Part shown: one piece after another, positions 9,024 to 17,123 of the stretch
Position numbering within the stretch: the first letter of the stretch is position 1
Layout of the letters: the number at the start of each line of letters is the position of its first letter
Source: a virus
Lineage: Duplodnaviria; Heunggongvirae; Uroviricota; Caudoviricetes
DNA length: 27,033 bases
Reading direction: 5' to 3' (one strand)
IMG/VR virus record: IMGVR_UViG_2537562015_000005
Location: 1 to 27,033 of that record
The notes under the pieces: model-generated
Seen by the model: only the letters and a program-made list of their open reading frames with translations
What the model was told of the DNA's origin: nothing
Database searches by the model: none
Made by a program: the position numbers and the translations under genes

Positions 9024-9905
9024 TCACGGGGTGCAATGAGCCGCAATCTCCAGCCTGGCAATGCCGAATCGAACGTGTCGCCTCCAGCATAGAGAACCAG
9101 GCCGCTTTGCCTGTTTTCCGGTACTCTTCCGGGAAGGGTGGCCTGCTGAGCAAGTTGTAATGCTCTGGCCGCCCTTAGTACAAAGTTGCTTAATTCGTGC
9201 AATCACCTCATCTCTGTACTTCTGGTGTCCGCGCATAGCCCTTGGATGGGCAATTCTGAAACAGATTGTATTACCTGTTTTGAACTCCCACAGCTTCCCC
9301 GGAATGACTGAAGAAGTCTCATAACCGCCCAGCTCAGTAAGCACCTGTTTAATGATGTAGTCTGTTCTCCGGGCTCCGGATGCAAAGATCATGAAATCAG
9401 GCTCAAGGTGTTTAATTTGTACCGCCAGCAGCTTCAGCGAGGCTAATATGACTTCCTGCACTTCATTTTGAGGGCGATTGAGAGGGGTCAGTCCGTCGTA
9501 ATCCCACGCCAGTAGATTGGCATACACGATAGCCTGAGGAGGAATATTAAGCTCCCGGGCCAGCCTGAAATGATATTGCGTGAAGCGGCTACGTGATTTG
9601 AGGTTGGTGGTGCCATCATTTTGTACCGGAAGATGTTTCCTGTAACGATCTACAGCTTCTTCAACCACCTGCCCGATGGTGACGTCAGGCATAAGTCCCA
9701 ACACCCGTGATATCGTATTCTTACCATTCAGCGTATTCCAGCCTGCGGTTTCACGTCTAACCAGCATGATTTTTACCGGTGAATGCCAGTATTCTTCAAA
9801 CGGCACGGGTAAAAAGACGCCTGAGTATTTATCTTCATTCAGGTTAAATGACTGGGCGTCAACTTCCTGTAATATCCGTTTGTACGCGTCTAATAGCCTT
9901 TCCAT
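9024..9905 (-). CDS. Hypothetical protein; C-terminal ~60 aa may not be native
   Basis: 293-aa ORF with an RBS; no family recognised. The last ~60 codons (about 9024..9200) are GC-rich and low-complexity (..GGQSITTCSAGHPSRKSTGKQAKRPGSLCWRRH..), unlike the rest of the gene. Confidence 0.5.
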   Translation of the reverse strand: MERLLDAYKRILQEVDAQSFNLNEDKYSGVFLPVPFEEYWHSPVKIMLVRRETAGWNTLNGKNTISRVLGLMPDVTIGQVVEEAVDRYRKHLPVQNDGTTNLKSRSRFTQYHFRLARELNIPPQAIVYANLLAWDYDGLTPLNRPQNEVQEVILASLKLLAVQIKHLEPDFMIFASGARRTDYIIKQVLTELGGYETSSVIPGKLWEFKTGNTICFRIAHPRAMRGHQKYRDEVIARIKQLCTKGGQSITTCSAGHPSRKSTGKQAKRPGSLCWRRHVRFGIARLEIAAHCTP

Positions 9906-9985
9906 TCTTCAATCCTGCCCCGTAATAAAAACACCTTCAGATATATATTATTTTCATGATATCAATCAGATATATGAGGATAAAT

Positions 9986-11185
9986 ATGCAAAAATCCTTC
10001 CGATTCACCAATTCATCCATCAAAGCCCTTCCGGCAAACACAGATACCCGATCTACAGAGCTTGAGGTATCCGATACTGAGGTCATTGGCCTCAAATGCC
10101 TCTCAGGTCGAACGGGTAACAAACGTTTCCTCCTGCGCTACACATTCCACGGTACCAAAAAAAGTATCAGTATTGGCAGATTCCCTGAAATTGATGTGGG
10201 GACAGCCCGTCAGATAGCTCGTCGTCACAAGGAGGCGATTGCACTGGGAAATGACCCTAAGGCAGAACGCGATAATTATCGTGCTATGCCAACGCTTAGT
10301 GAGTTTTTTCACCAGACCTATGTTCCGTTCATCAAACGCCATAAAAAGTCCTGGGATAAGGATGTTCAGCGTTTCACGCAATACATTGAACCTTGTCTGG
10401 GGAAGATACGTTACTGTGACCTTCGGGCCCGGGAAATCCAGCAGGTGCTTTTCGACATGCTTGAGGGTCGTATTCACGGGCAGCAATATGCGCCGTCTAC
10501 CTGTAACAGAGCCCTTGCTATTCTGAAAACGATGGGGCGTTATGCGTTGCGACAGGATGTGCTGGAAAAGAATGAAGCCGATAAGATCCCTTTACTGAAA
10601 GAGAATAATCAGCGGACGCGCTTTTTTGATGCTGATGAGATCAGGCGCATTCTTGACGCTGCTACCCAATATCCCAACAAAGCTGCCGGGGGATTGATAG
10701 CCATGTTGTTGTTAACCGGTACACGCAAAACAGAAATGCTTAATGTCAGGCATGAACATATCGACCGGGCCAATCGTACTCTGTTCATTCCTTATACAAA
10801 AAATGGTCGCAGTCGGACGGTATATCTAAGCGATGCCGCATTATCGATTATTGATGCTATCCCACGAGTTGGCAGTAATCCGTATCTGTTCGCCATTAAG
10901 GATAATGGCAAACCGATATCGGAACCCCGATGGGCATATGAAAAAATACTGGCACAGTGCGGTATAGACAAGAATGAAGTCTGTTTTCACACCACACGTC
11001 ATTCTGTTGCCTCTTTACTGGTTTCGAGTGGTCAATTCAGCCTGTATGACGTTAAAGCCCAACTGGCGCATGCCAGTATTCAGAGTACAGAACGTTACGC
11101 GAAATTAACACCGGAACGTATGCGTCAGACAGGGCAGGGAGTGACTGACCTGCTTCTGAATACTGCGGCTACGAAGCAGATGTGA
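9986..11185 (+). CDS. int: P4-type integrase (tyrosine recombinase)
   Basis: ATG at 9986 preceded by GAGGA (the track ORF starts upstream at 9956 in the same frame). N-terminal arm-binding-type region plus C-terminal catalytic region (..LLLTGTRKTEM..HTTRHSVASLL..ERYAKL). Confidence 0.85.
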   Translation: MQKSFRFTNSSIKALPANTDTRSTELEVSDTEVIGLKCLSGRTGNKRFLLRYTFHGTKKSISIGRFPEIDVGTARQIARRHKEAIALGNDPKAERDNYRAMPTLSEFFHQTYVPFIKRHKKSWDKDVQRFTQYIEPCLGKIRYCDLRAREIQQVLFDMLEGRIHGQQYAPSTCNRALAILKTMGRYALRQDVLEKNEADKIPLLKENNQRTRFFDADEIRRILDAATQYPNKAAGGLIAMLLLTGTRKTEMLNVRHEHIDRANRTLFIPYTKNGRSRTVYLSDAALSIIDAIPRVGSNPYLFAIKDNGKPISEPRWAYEKILAQCGIDKNEVCFHTTRHSVASLLVSSGQFSLYDVKAQLAHASIQSTERYAKLTPERMRQTGQGVTDLLLNTAATKQM

Positions 11186-11215
11186 CTACTTTTTAGCAAA
11201 CTATAAATATGGAGA

Positions 11216-11458
11216 ATGAGGATGCATTTAAAATGCCCACAGTGTGGCAGTTGTAATACATTGATAAGTTCAGCAGGAAAACTGCCATCGATAACCGATA
11301 ATAAACACTCTGGGTATATTAGCCTGGAGTTTTTACCTGAAATACTGAAAGAAATTATTAAGGCTATTAAAAAACTATTTGGATTCCTTGAACAGTGTGA
11401 AAGGAATAATGCTCCAGTGCTTATCTGTATGGACTGTGGATATTATGAAAGAATTTAA
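11216..11458 (+). CDS. Small zinc-ribbon protein, hypothetical
   Basis: 80 aa with paired Cys motifs (CPQCGSC ... CMDCGYY); followed by a strong terminator. Confidence 0.45.
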   Translation: MRMHLKCPQCGSCNTLISSAGKLPSITDNKHSGYISLEFLPEILKEIIKAIKKLFGFLEQCERNNAPVLICMDCGYYERI

Positions 11459-11503
11459 ATAGAAAACCAATAACTGTAAATAATAGTTATGCGGATGTAT
11501 AAA

Positions 11504-11537
11504 AACCTCGATACGTTAATCGTATCGGGTTTTTTGT
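11504..11537 (+). terminator. Rho-independent terminator
   Basis: ACCTCGATACG-TTAAT-CGTATCGGGT followed by TTTTTT. Confidence 0.6.
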
Positions 11538-11553
11538 TTATGAGGATTATTCA

Positions 11554-11925
11554 ATGAAATTTGTCTCGAACTGGCAAGACCTGCCGTCGCTCCTTCTTCC
11601 GGAGTCAGTAATGAGTCTGTTGAAAACAGAGCTGGTACTCCCATTTGAAGATGAATACTCTGCAATGAGTTTCTGGGATGAAGTCGGGGTGACATTAATA
11701 TATGTCGAGCCCGATGATGTACCTGAAGATATTAAAGCGCAGGTATTAAATGTGATTCATCAGTTAATTGCAAATCCAGAATTTGTAGTCCGTCTGACAG
11801 ATGACTATTACCTGATGCTTTCTGTTACGGAAGATAACGGGAACGGTATTTATCTGTTATTTCACCCCGATTGCCCTCTGAAGGGTATTGATTTATTAAT
11901 TTCTATGGCCGAATCACGCTATTAA
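11554..11925 (+). CDS. Hypothetical acidic protein
   Basis: 123-aa ORF; no family recognised. Confidence 0.5.
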   Translation: MKFVSNWQDLPSLLLPESVMSLLKTELVLPFEDEYSAMSFWDEVGVTLIYVEPDDVPEDIKAQVLNVIHQLIANPEFVVRLTDDYYLMLSVTEDNGNGIYLLFHPDCPLKGIDLLISMAESRY

Positions 11926-11950
11926 ACACAAGCAAAACCAGGAACGCAAA

Positions 11951-12484
11951 ATGAGTAAATCAAAATTAGTTAAAAATAATGTTGAGTCAGTTTCGAAGGA
12001 GATTAAAAATGAGGCAGAGGTTATTCATGAAAATCTCAGTGCAGATGAACAAACATTATCTGATGTAAAAGACTATCAGTTGCTCATTGAAACAGGCCAG
12101 GCAGAAAAAATCAGTCCTAAGGCAAGTGGTATGCTGACATGGCAACTGGCGATATCAGAGGTGGATAATGAACTTTATCTTCGTCTGGTGGCAAATGGCT
12201 GTGGAGGGTTGTTCTCTAAGGACTGGATCTCACTTTCAAAGATTGCAACTGTTCTGGAAACACAACCTGCTACCGGCTTCTCATCCGGAGTATTCAGGCC
12301 GCTATTCAAAGGGGCAAGCGCCAACAATGCAGGTTTTCTGGCTGCTGTTTTACGCTCCCCGGATATATGTCTGCTGGAGGCACATCCAGAGAAGTTATTT
12401 ACTCATGTATTATACCCGGACTGGAGGGAGCGGTTGAATAAACTTAATACGATCAGTAGCCAGGAAAAGATTACAGAGGATTAA
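11951..12484 (+). CDS. Hypothetical protein
   Basis: 177-aa ORF; no family recognised. Confidence 0.5.
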   Translation: MSKSKLVKNNVESVSKEIKNEAEVIHENLSADEQTLSDVKDYQLLIETGQAEKISPKASGMLTWQLAISEVDNELYLRLVANGCGGLFSKDWISLSKIATVLETQPATGFSSGVFRPLFKGASANNAGFLAAVLRSPDICLLEAHPEKLFTHVLYPDWRERLNKLNTISSQEKITED

Positions 12485-12566
12485 TTTATTTCCTGCACTG
12501 TTATACAACCAGAAATCACCACACACCACTATTTACTTTCTAAAGGAAAATGGTAGTGACTCCAAC

Positions 12567-13070
12567 TTACTGATAGTGTTTTATGTTCAGATAATGCCCG
12601 ATGACCTTGTCATGCAGCTCCACCGATTTTGAGAACGACAGTGACTTCCGTCCCAGCCTTGCCAGATGTTGTCTCAGATTCAGATTATGTCGCTCAATGC
12701 GCTGAGTGTAACGCTTGCTGATAACGTGCAGCTTTCCCTTCAGGCGTGATTCATACAGCGGCCAGCCATCCGTCATCCATACCACGACCTCAAAGGCCGA
12801 CAGCAGGCTCAGAAGACGCGCCAGTGTGGCCAGAGTGCGTTCACCGAAAACGTGCGCCACAACTGTCCTCCGTATCCTGTCATACGCGTAAAACAGCCAG
12901 CGCTGACGTGATTTAGCACCGACGTAGCCCCACTGTTCGTCCATTTCCGCGCAGACAATCACATCACTGCCCGGTTGTATGCGCGAGGTTACCGACTGCG
13001 GCCTGAGTTTTTTAAGTGACGTAAAACCGTGTTGAGGCCAACGCCCATAATGCGGGCAGTTGCCCGGCAT
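12567..13070 (-). CDS. insB: IS1 transposase InsB
   Basis: Identical to 6854..7357. Confidence 0.9.
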   Translation of the reverse strand: MPGNCPHYGRWPQHGFTSLKKLRPQSVTSRIQPGSDVIVCAEMDEQWGYVGAKSRQRWLFYAYDRIRRTVVAHVFGERTLATLARLLSLLSAFEVVVWMTDGWPLYESRLKGKLHVISKRYTQRIERHNLNLRQHLARLGRKSLSFSKSVELHDKVIGHYLNIKHYQ

Positions 13071-13264
13071 CCAACGCCATTCATGGCCATATCAATGATT
13101 TTCTGGTGCGTACCGGGTTGAGAAGCGGTGTAAGTGAACTGCAGTTGCCATGTTTTACGGCAGTGAGAGCAGAGATAGCGCTGATGTCCGGCGGTGCTTT
13201 TGCCGTTACGCACCACCCCGTCAGTAGCTGAACAGGAGGGACAGCTGATAGAAACAGAAGCCAC
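12989..13264 (-). CDS. insA: IS1 InsA
   Basis: Identical to 7276..7551. Confidence 0.9.
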   Translation of the reverse strand: MASVSISCPSCSATDGVVRNGKSTAGHQRYLCSHCRKTWQLQFTYTASQPGTHQKIIDMAMNGVGCRATARIMGVGLNTVLRHLKNSGRSR

Positions 13265-13314
13265 TGGAGCACCTCAAAAACACCATCATACACTAAATCA
13301 GTAAGTTGGCAGCA

Positions 13315-14139
13315 TCACCCAGAGTATACAATGCTTAAAATTATGGCGTTACTTATATTATTAATTGCAGTTGGGTAAATATGCAGGTTGCTTATCAATT
13401 CTGAAAGGCAAAGTAAAACACCAGTGATGTTAGGTTTTCTGCCAGATATTGTGGTGGTGTTGAAAATGTGCCGATTCTTACGACTTATATTGACAAATTT
13501 ATGAGTGCAGAACTCTATATGTTCGACGATTTTATCTTGACTATTTTTAATGTATTTTGAAATGTTAGTGATTCGTCCATTCAACGTTAGCTCATCAAGT
13601 AATATGTCATTTTTAATACTGCGAATTTCATCGCAATGTTTAGATTCAAAAACTATCTCATGTAATACATAACTCGACGTATTGCGGGGTGACGCTGATA
13701 TGTAATCTAAAATAGAAGGCTCGATTTTGATTTTTTGTTTGTATTTTTTAATGCACTGTTTGATTATTTTTTGTAGAGTATTTGAGATGTGTTTTTTATA
13801 TTCTTTTAGAAAATCATGCTCTAAAAAGAGTGAGGAGAAGATCAACTGCTGGCGAGATAATTTAATCTCAGGCTTGATCAATTTAATCCGGAAAACTCTT
13901 CCCTCCAACTCATAGCTGAACATGGAAGATAAGTCATAGTGGGGTGATAAATGTTCGAGTAACGACATTCGTGTATTCATTAGCCGCTTGAATTTATGGT
14001 CAGCATACATAAGTATTTTTTTTATTTGCTCATCGTAAAGTGGGCCGATAACGCAATTAGCAATACTCATACTATCCGGAGACCTCCAGTCAACAGGGGA
14101 ATCACATTGACGGCCACCATTACAATCAAAGGGTATCAA
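13315..14139 (-). CDS. AT-rich hypothetical protein (K/I/N-rich), probably truncated at the 3' end by IS1; likely start near 14071 (MSIANCVIG...)
   Basis: Visibly AT-rich ORF, foreign to its neighbours. Its stop codon (13315..13317) lies inside the IS1 terminus (IS1 ends 13319). Divergent from hsdM. No family recognised. Confidence 0.5.
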   Translation of the reverse strand: MIPFDCNGGRQCDSPVDWRSPDSMSIANCVIGPLYDEQIKKILMYADHKFKRLMNTRMSLLEHLSPHYDLSSMFSYELEGRVFRIKLIKPEIKLSRQQLIFSSLFLEHDFLKEYKKHISNTLQKIIKQCIKKYKQKIKIEPSILDYISASPRNTSSYVLHEIVFESKHCDEIRSIKNDILLDELTLNGRITNISKYIKNSQDKIVEHIEFCTHKFVNISRKNRHIFNTTTISGRKPNITGVLLCLSELISNLHIYPTAINNISNAIILSIVYSG

Positions 14140-14442
14140 CTTTGCCGATTATGGATCATGTCAGCTTCACACACCAGAATGGGTGATATATGGATCATCA
14201 TTACCCCAACGGCAGTTTTACACCATGGCTAATATGGATGCTATCTTACTAAGATAATTGGTTTTTAGCGAGTGACGAGCCAGGTTGTGTCAGTCTGTCT
14301 CATGTCGATATTACGGGGATGATGCAAACCTGAATGCTGCGATATTGGCGTGTCAGGGGAGGCATCTTACGGTATCATTTACCGCAATTTTTAAGATGCA
14401 AAGCCCTGCATCGCTAGCTTTTTCTTCAGACCAGGATGATTC

Positions 14443-16029
14443 ATGAACGACAAAATCAGTCAGGACACGATCAACAAAGCCCTGTGGGCCGCGTGTGATA
14501 CGTTCCGTGGCACCATCAGTGCTGATACCTATAAAGACTTTATCCTTACCATGCTGTTCCTTAAGTACATTTCGGATGTCTGGCAGGATCATTACGATGA
14601 ATATAAAAAACAGTATGGTGATGCACCAGAACTCATTGAAGCCATGATGTCGAATGAACGTTTCGTATTGCCGAAAAGCGCCAGTTTCTATGCGCTGTAT
14701 GAACGTCGTCATGAACCGGGCAATGGTGAGCGCATCGACCAGGCTCTGCATGCGATTGAAGAAGCTAATGGCACCAAACTGAAAGACGCCGGGAAAAGCG
14801 TGTTCCAGGATATTTCGTTTAACACCGATCGCCTAGGTGAAGAAAAACAGAAGAACACCATCCTGCGTCAGCTGCTGGAAGACTTTGCCGGTCAAGATCT
14901 TAACCTGAAGCCGAGCCGTGTCGGTACGCTGGACGTTATCGGTAATGCCTACGAATATCTGATCAAAAACTTTGCTGCCAGCGGTGGGCAGAAAGCCGGG
15001 GAATTCTATACCCCACCAGAAGTTTCGGACCTGATTGCAGAACTGCTCGATCCGCAACCGGGTGATACCATCTGCGATCCGGCCTGTGGTTCCGGTTCAT
15101 TATTGATGAAGTGTGGGCGTAAAATTGTCTCCGGGCATGATAGTCGTAACTATGCATTGTTCGGTCAGGAAGCGATCGGTTCTACGTGGTCGCTGGCGAA
15201 AATGAATATGTTCCTGCACGGGGAAGACAACCATAAAATCGAGTGGGGCGATACCATTCGTAACCCGAAGCTGCTCGATAAAAATGGCGACCTGATGCTG
15301 TTTGATATCGTGACCGCTAACCCACCGTTCAGCCTCGATAAGTGGGGCCATGACGAGGCCGAGAACGATAAGTTTGGCCGTTTTCGTCGCGGTGTACCGC
15401 CGAAGACTAAAGGCGATTACGCCTTTATCTCACATATGATCGAAACCCTGAAACCAGGAACGGGGCGTATGGGCGTAGTTGTGCCACACGGTGTGCTGTT
15501 CCGTGGTTCCAGCGAAGGTAAAATTCGCCAGAAACTGATCGACGAAAATCTGCTGGATGCCGTCATTGGCTTGCCGGAAAAACTGTTCTACGGTACAGGT
15601 ATTCCTGCTGCGATTCTGATTTTCAAAAAACAGAAAGTGGATGACAAGGTACTGTTTATCGATGCCAGCCGTGAATATAAGGCGGGCAAAAACCAGAACC
15701 AGCTCAGCGCAGAAAATATCCAGAAGATCGTTAACACCTATCGTGAAGGCGATAACGTCGAGAAATACGCCTATCTCGCCAGCCTGAAAGAGATTCAGGA
15801 CAACGACTATAACCTTAATATTCCACGCTATGTCGATACCTTTGAGGAAGAAGACGAAATTGATTTGCTGGCGGTACGTGCTGAGCGTGAGCAACTGAAA
15901 GCGGAACTGGTAAAGCTGGAAATGGAGATGGCTGGGTATTTGAAAGAATTAGGGTACGATTGGCAGAAAGATTCCGAGGGCACACAAAAAATAAACTCTG
16001 CGGAAGTGAATTTTGGAGATTTTGAATGA
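14443..16029 (+). CDS. hsdM: Type I restriction-modification N6-adenine DNA methyltransferase HsdM
   Basis: 528 aa; AdoMet motif DPACGSGSLL and catalytic NPPF; N-terminal HsdM-type helical domain. Confidence 0.95.
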   Translation: MNDKISQDTINKALWAACDTFRGTISADTYKDFILTMLFLKYISDVWQDHYDEYKKQYGDAPELIEAMMSNERFVLPKSASFYALYERRHEPGNGERIDQALHAIEEANGTKLKDAGKSVFQDISFNTDRLGEEKQKNTILRQLLEDFAGQDLNLKPSRVGTLDVIGNAYEYLIKNFAASGGQKAGEFYTPPEVSDLIAELLDPQPGDTICDPACGSGSLLMKCGRKIVSGHDSRNYALFGQEAIGSTWSLAKMNMFLHGEDNHKIEWGDTIRNPKLLDKNGDLMLFDIVTANPPFSLDKWGHDEAENDKFGRFRRGVPPKTKGDYAFISHMIETLKPGTGRMGVVVPHGVLFRGSSEGKIRQKLIDENLLDAVIGLPEKLFYGTGIPAAILIFKKQKVDDKVLFIDASREYKAGKNQNQLSAENIQKIVNTYREGDNVEKYAYLASLKEIQDNDYNLNIPRYVDTFEEEDEIDLLAVRAEREQLKAELVKLEMEMAGYLKELGYDWQKDSEGTQKINSAEVNFGDFE

Positions 16030-17123
16030 CTCTTAAATGGGAAAAGGTTCGTTTAGGAGATGTCGCAGAATTACAACGTGGTTTTGATCTACCCAGTACT
16101 AAGCGTATTGAAGGGGAGATTCCTATTGTTTCATCAAGTGGAATAACAGGCTTCCATGTTGAAGCGAAGGCAAAGGCTCCAGGAGTTGTCACTGGGCGAT
16201 ATGGTTCGATTGGTGATGTTTTTTATTTAGAACAGGATTTTTGGCCATTAAATACATCCTTATGGGTTAAAGATTTTCATGGAAATGACGAAAAATTTAT
16301 CTACTTTCTGTTGAGTAACTTTGACTTTAAAAAATTTAGTGACAAAACAGGTGTGCCCGGTGTTAACCGTAATGACTTGCATGCAGTGAATGTATTACTG
16401 CCGCCACTCTCGGAGCAAAAGAAAATCGCCCAAATCCTGTCAACCTGGGATAAAGCTATTTCGGTGACGGAAAAGCTTCTCACCAACAGCCAGCAGCAGA
16501 AAAAAGCCCTGATGCAGCAATTACTTACCGGGAAGAAACGCTTGCTGGATGAGAGGGGGGGCAGGTATGGTGGTGAGTGGCATCGTGCTGAGCTTGGCGC
16601 AGTTTTAGATTATATGCAGCCAACCCCTTATCTAGTTGATTCTACTGATTATAATGATAGTTACTCAATCCCAGTTCTTACAGCAGGTAAAAGTTTCATT
16701 CTTGGCTATACCAATGAAGAACATGGTATTTATCATGCACCTTTGCCTGCCATAATTTTTGATGATTTCACGACTGATAGTAAGTTCGTCGATTTTGAAT
16801 TCAAAGCAAAATCCAGTGCGATGAAAATTCTTACAGCCAAAAAAGGAGTATCTGCAAAGTATATTTTTGAAGCAATGCAAATGTTGAAATTTAAAATAGG
16901 TGGGCATCAGCGGCATTGGATTTCAATTTATTCCAACTTAGTAATACCTATTCCAGATGCCAAGGAACAACAAAAAATCGCCGCCGTCCTTTCCGCTGCA
17001 GACGCCGAAATCTCCACACTGGAGAAAAAACTCGCCTGCCTGAAAGACGAGAAAAAAGCCCTGATGCAGCAGTTACTGACCGGAAAACGTCGGGTGAAAA
17101 TCGATGAGGCTGTTGCTGCATGA
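16026..17123 (+). CDS. hsdS: Type I R-M specificity subunit HsdS
   Basis: 365 aa with two target-recognition domains separated by conserved helical repeats (QQKKALMQQLLTGKKRL and EKKALMQQLLTGKRRV). ATGA overlap with hsdM. TRD2 is visibly more AT-rich. Confidence 0.9.
   Translation: MTLKWEKVRLGDVAELQRGFDLPSTKRIEGEIPIVSSSGITGFHVEAKAKAPGVVTGRYGSIGDVFYLEQDFWPLNTSLWVKDFHGNDEKFIYFLLSNFDFKKFSDKTGVPGVNRNDLHAVNVLLPPLSEQKKIAQILSTWDKAISVTEKLLTNSQQQKKALMQQLLTGKKRLLDERGGRYGGEWHRAELGAVLDYMQPTPYLVDSTDYNDSYSIPVLTAGKSFILGYTNEEHGIYHAPLPAIIFDDFTTDSKFVDFEFKAKSSAMKILTAKKGVSAKYIFEAMQMLKFKIGGHQRHWISIYSNLVIPIPDAKEQQKIAAVLSAADAEISTLEKKLACLKDEKKALMQQLLTGKRRVKIDEAVAA
16500..16540 (+). repeat. hsdS conserved central repeat; direct repeat partner at 17052..17089
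   Basis: AAAAAAGCCCTGATGCAGCA(A/G)TTACT(T/G)ACCGG occurs twice within hsdS, about 550 bp apart. Confidence 0.8.
17052..17089 (+). repeat. hsdS conserved C-terminal repeat; partner of 16500..16540
   Basis: See partner repeat. Confidence 0.8.

Larger units (their letters stand above)
12552..13319 (-). mobile_element. IS1, complete 768-bp copy (copy 2), apparently identical to copy 1 and in the same orientation
   Basis: Same terminal repeats and identical insA/insB products. Flanking 9-mers AAGGAAAAT and CAGAGTATA differ, so no target-site duplication. Confidence 0.95.

Noticed and set aside
6839-13319. IS1-flanked segment as a composite transposon
   Set aside because: No matching target-site duplications at the outer flanks, and the cargo is two integrase genes and an att remnant rather than typical transposon cargo.
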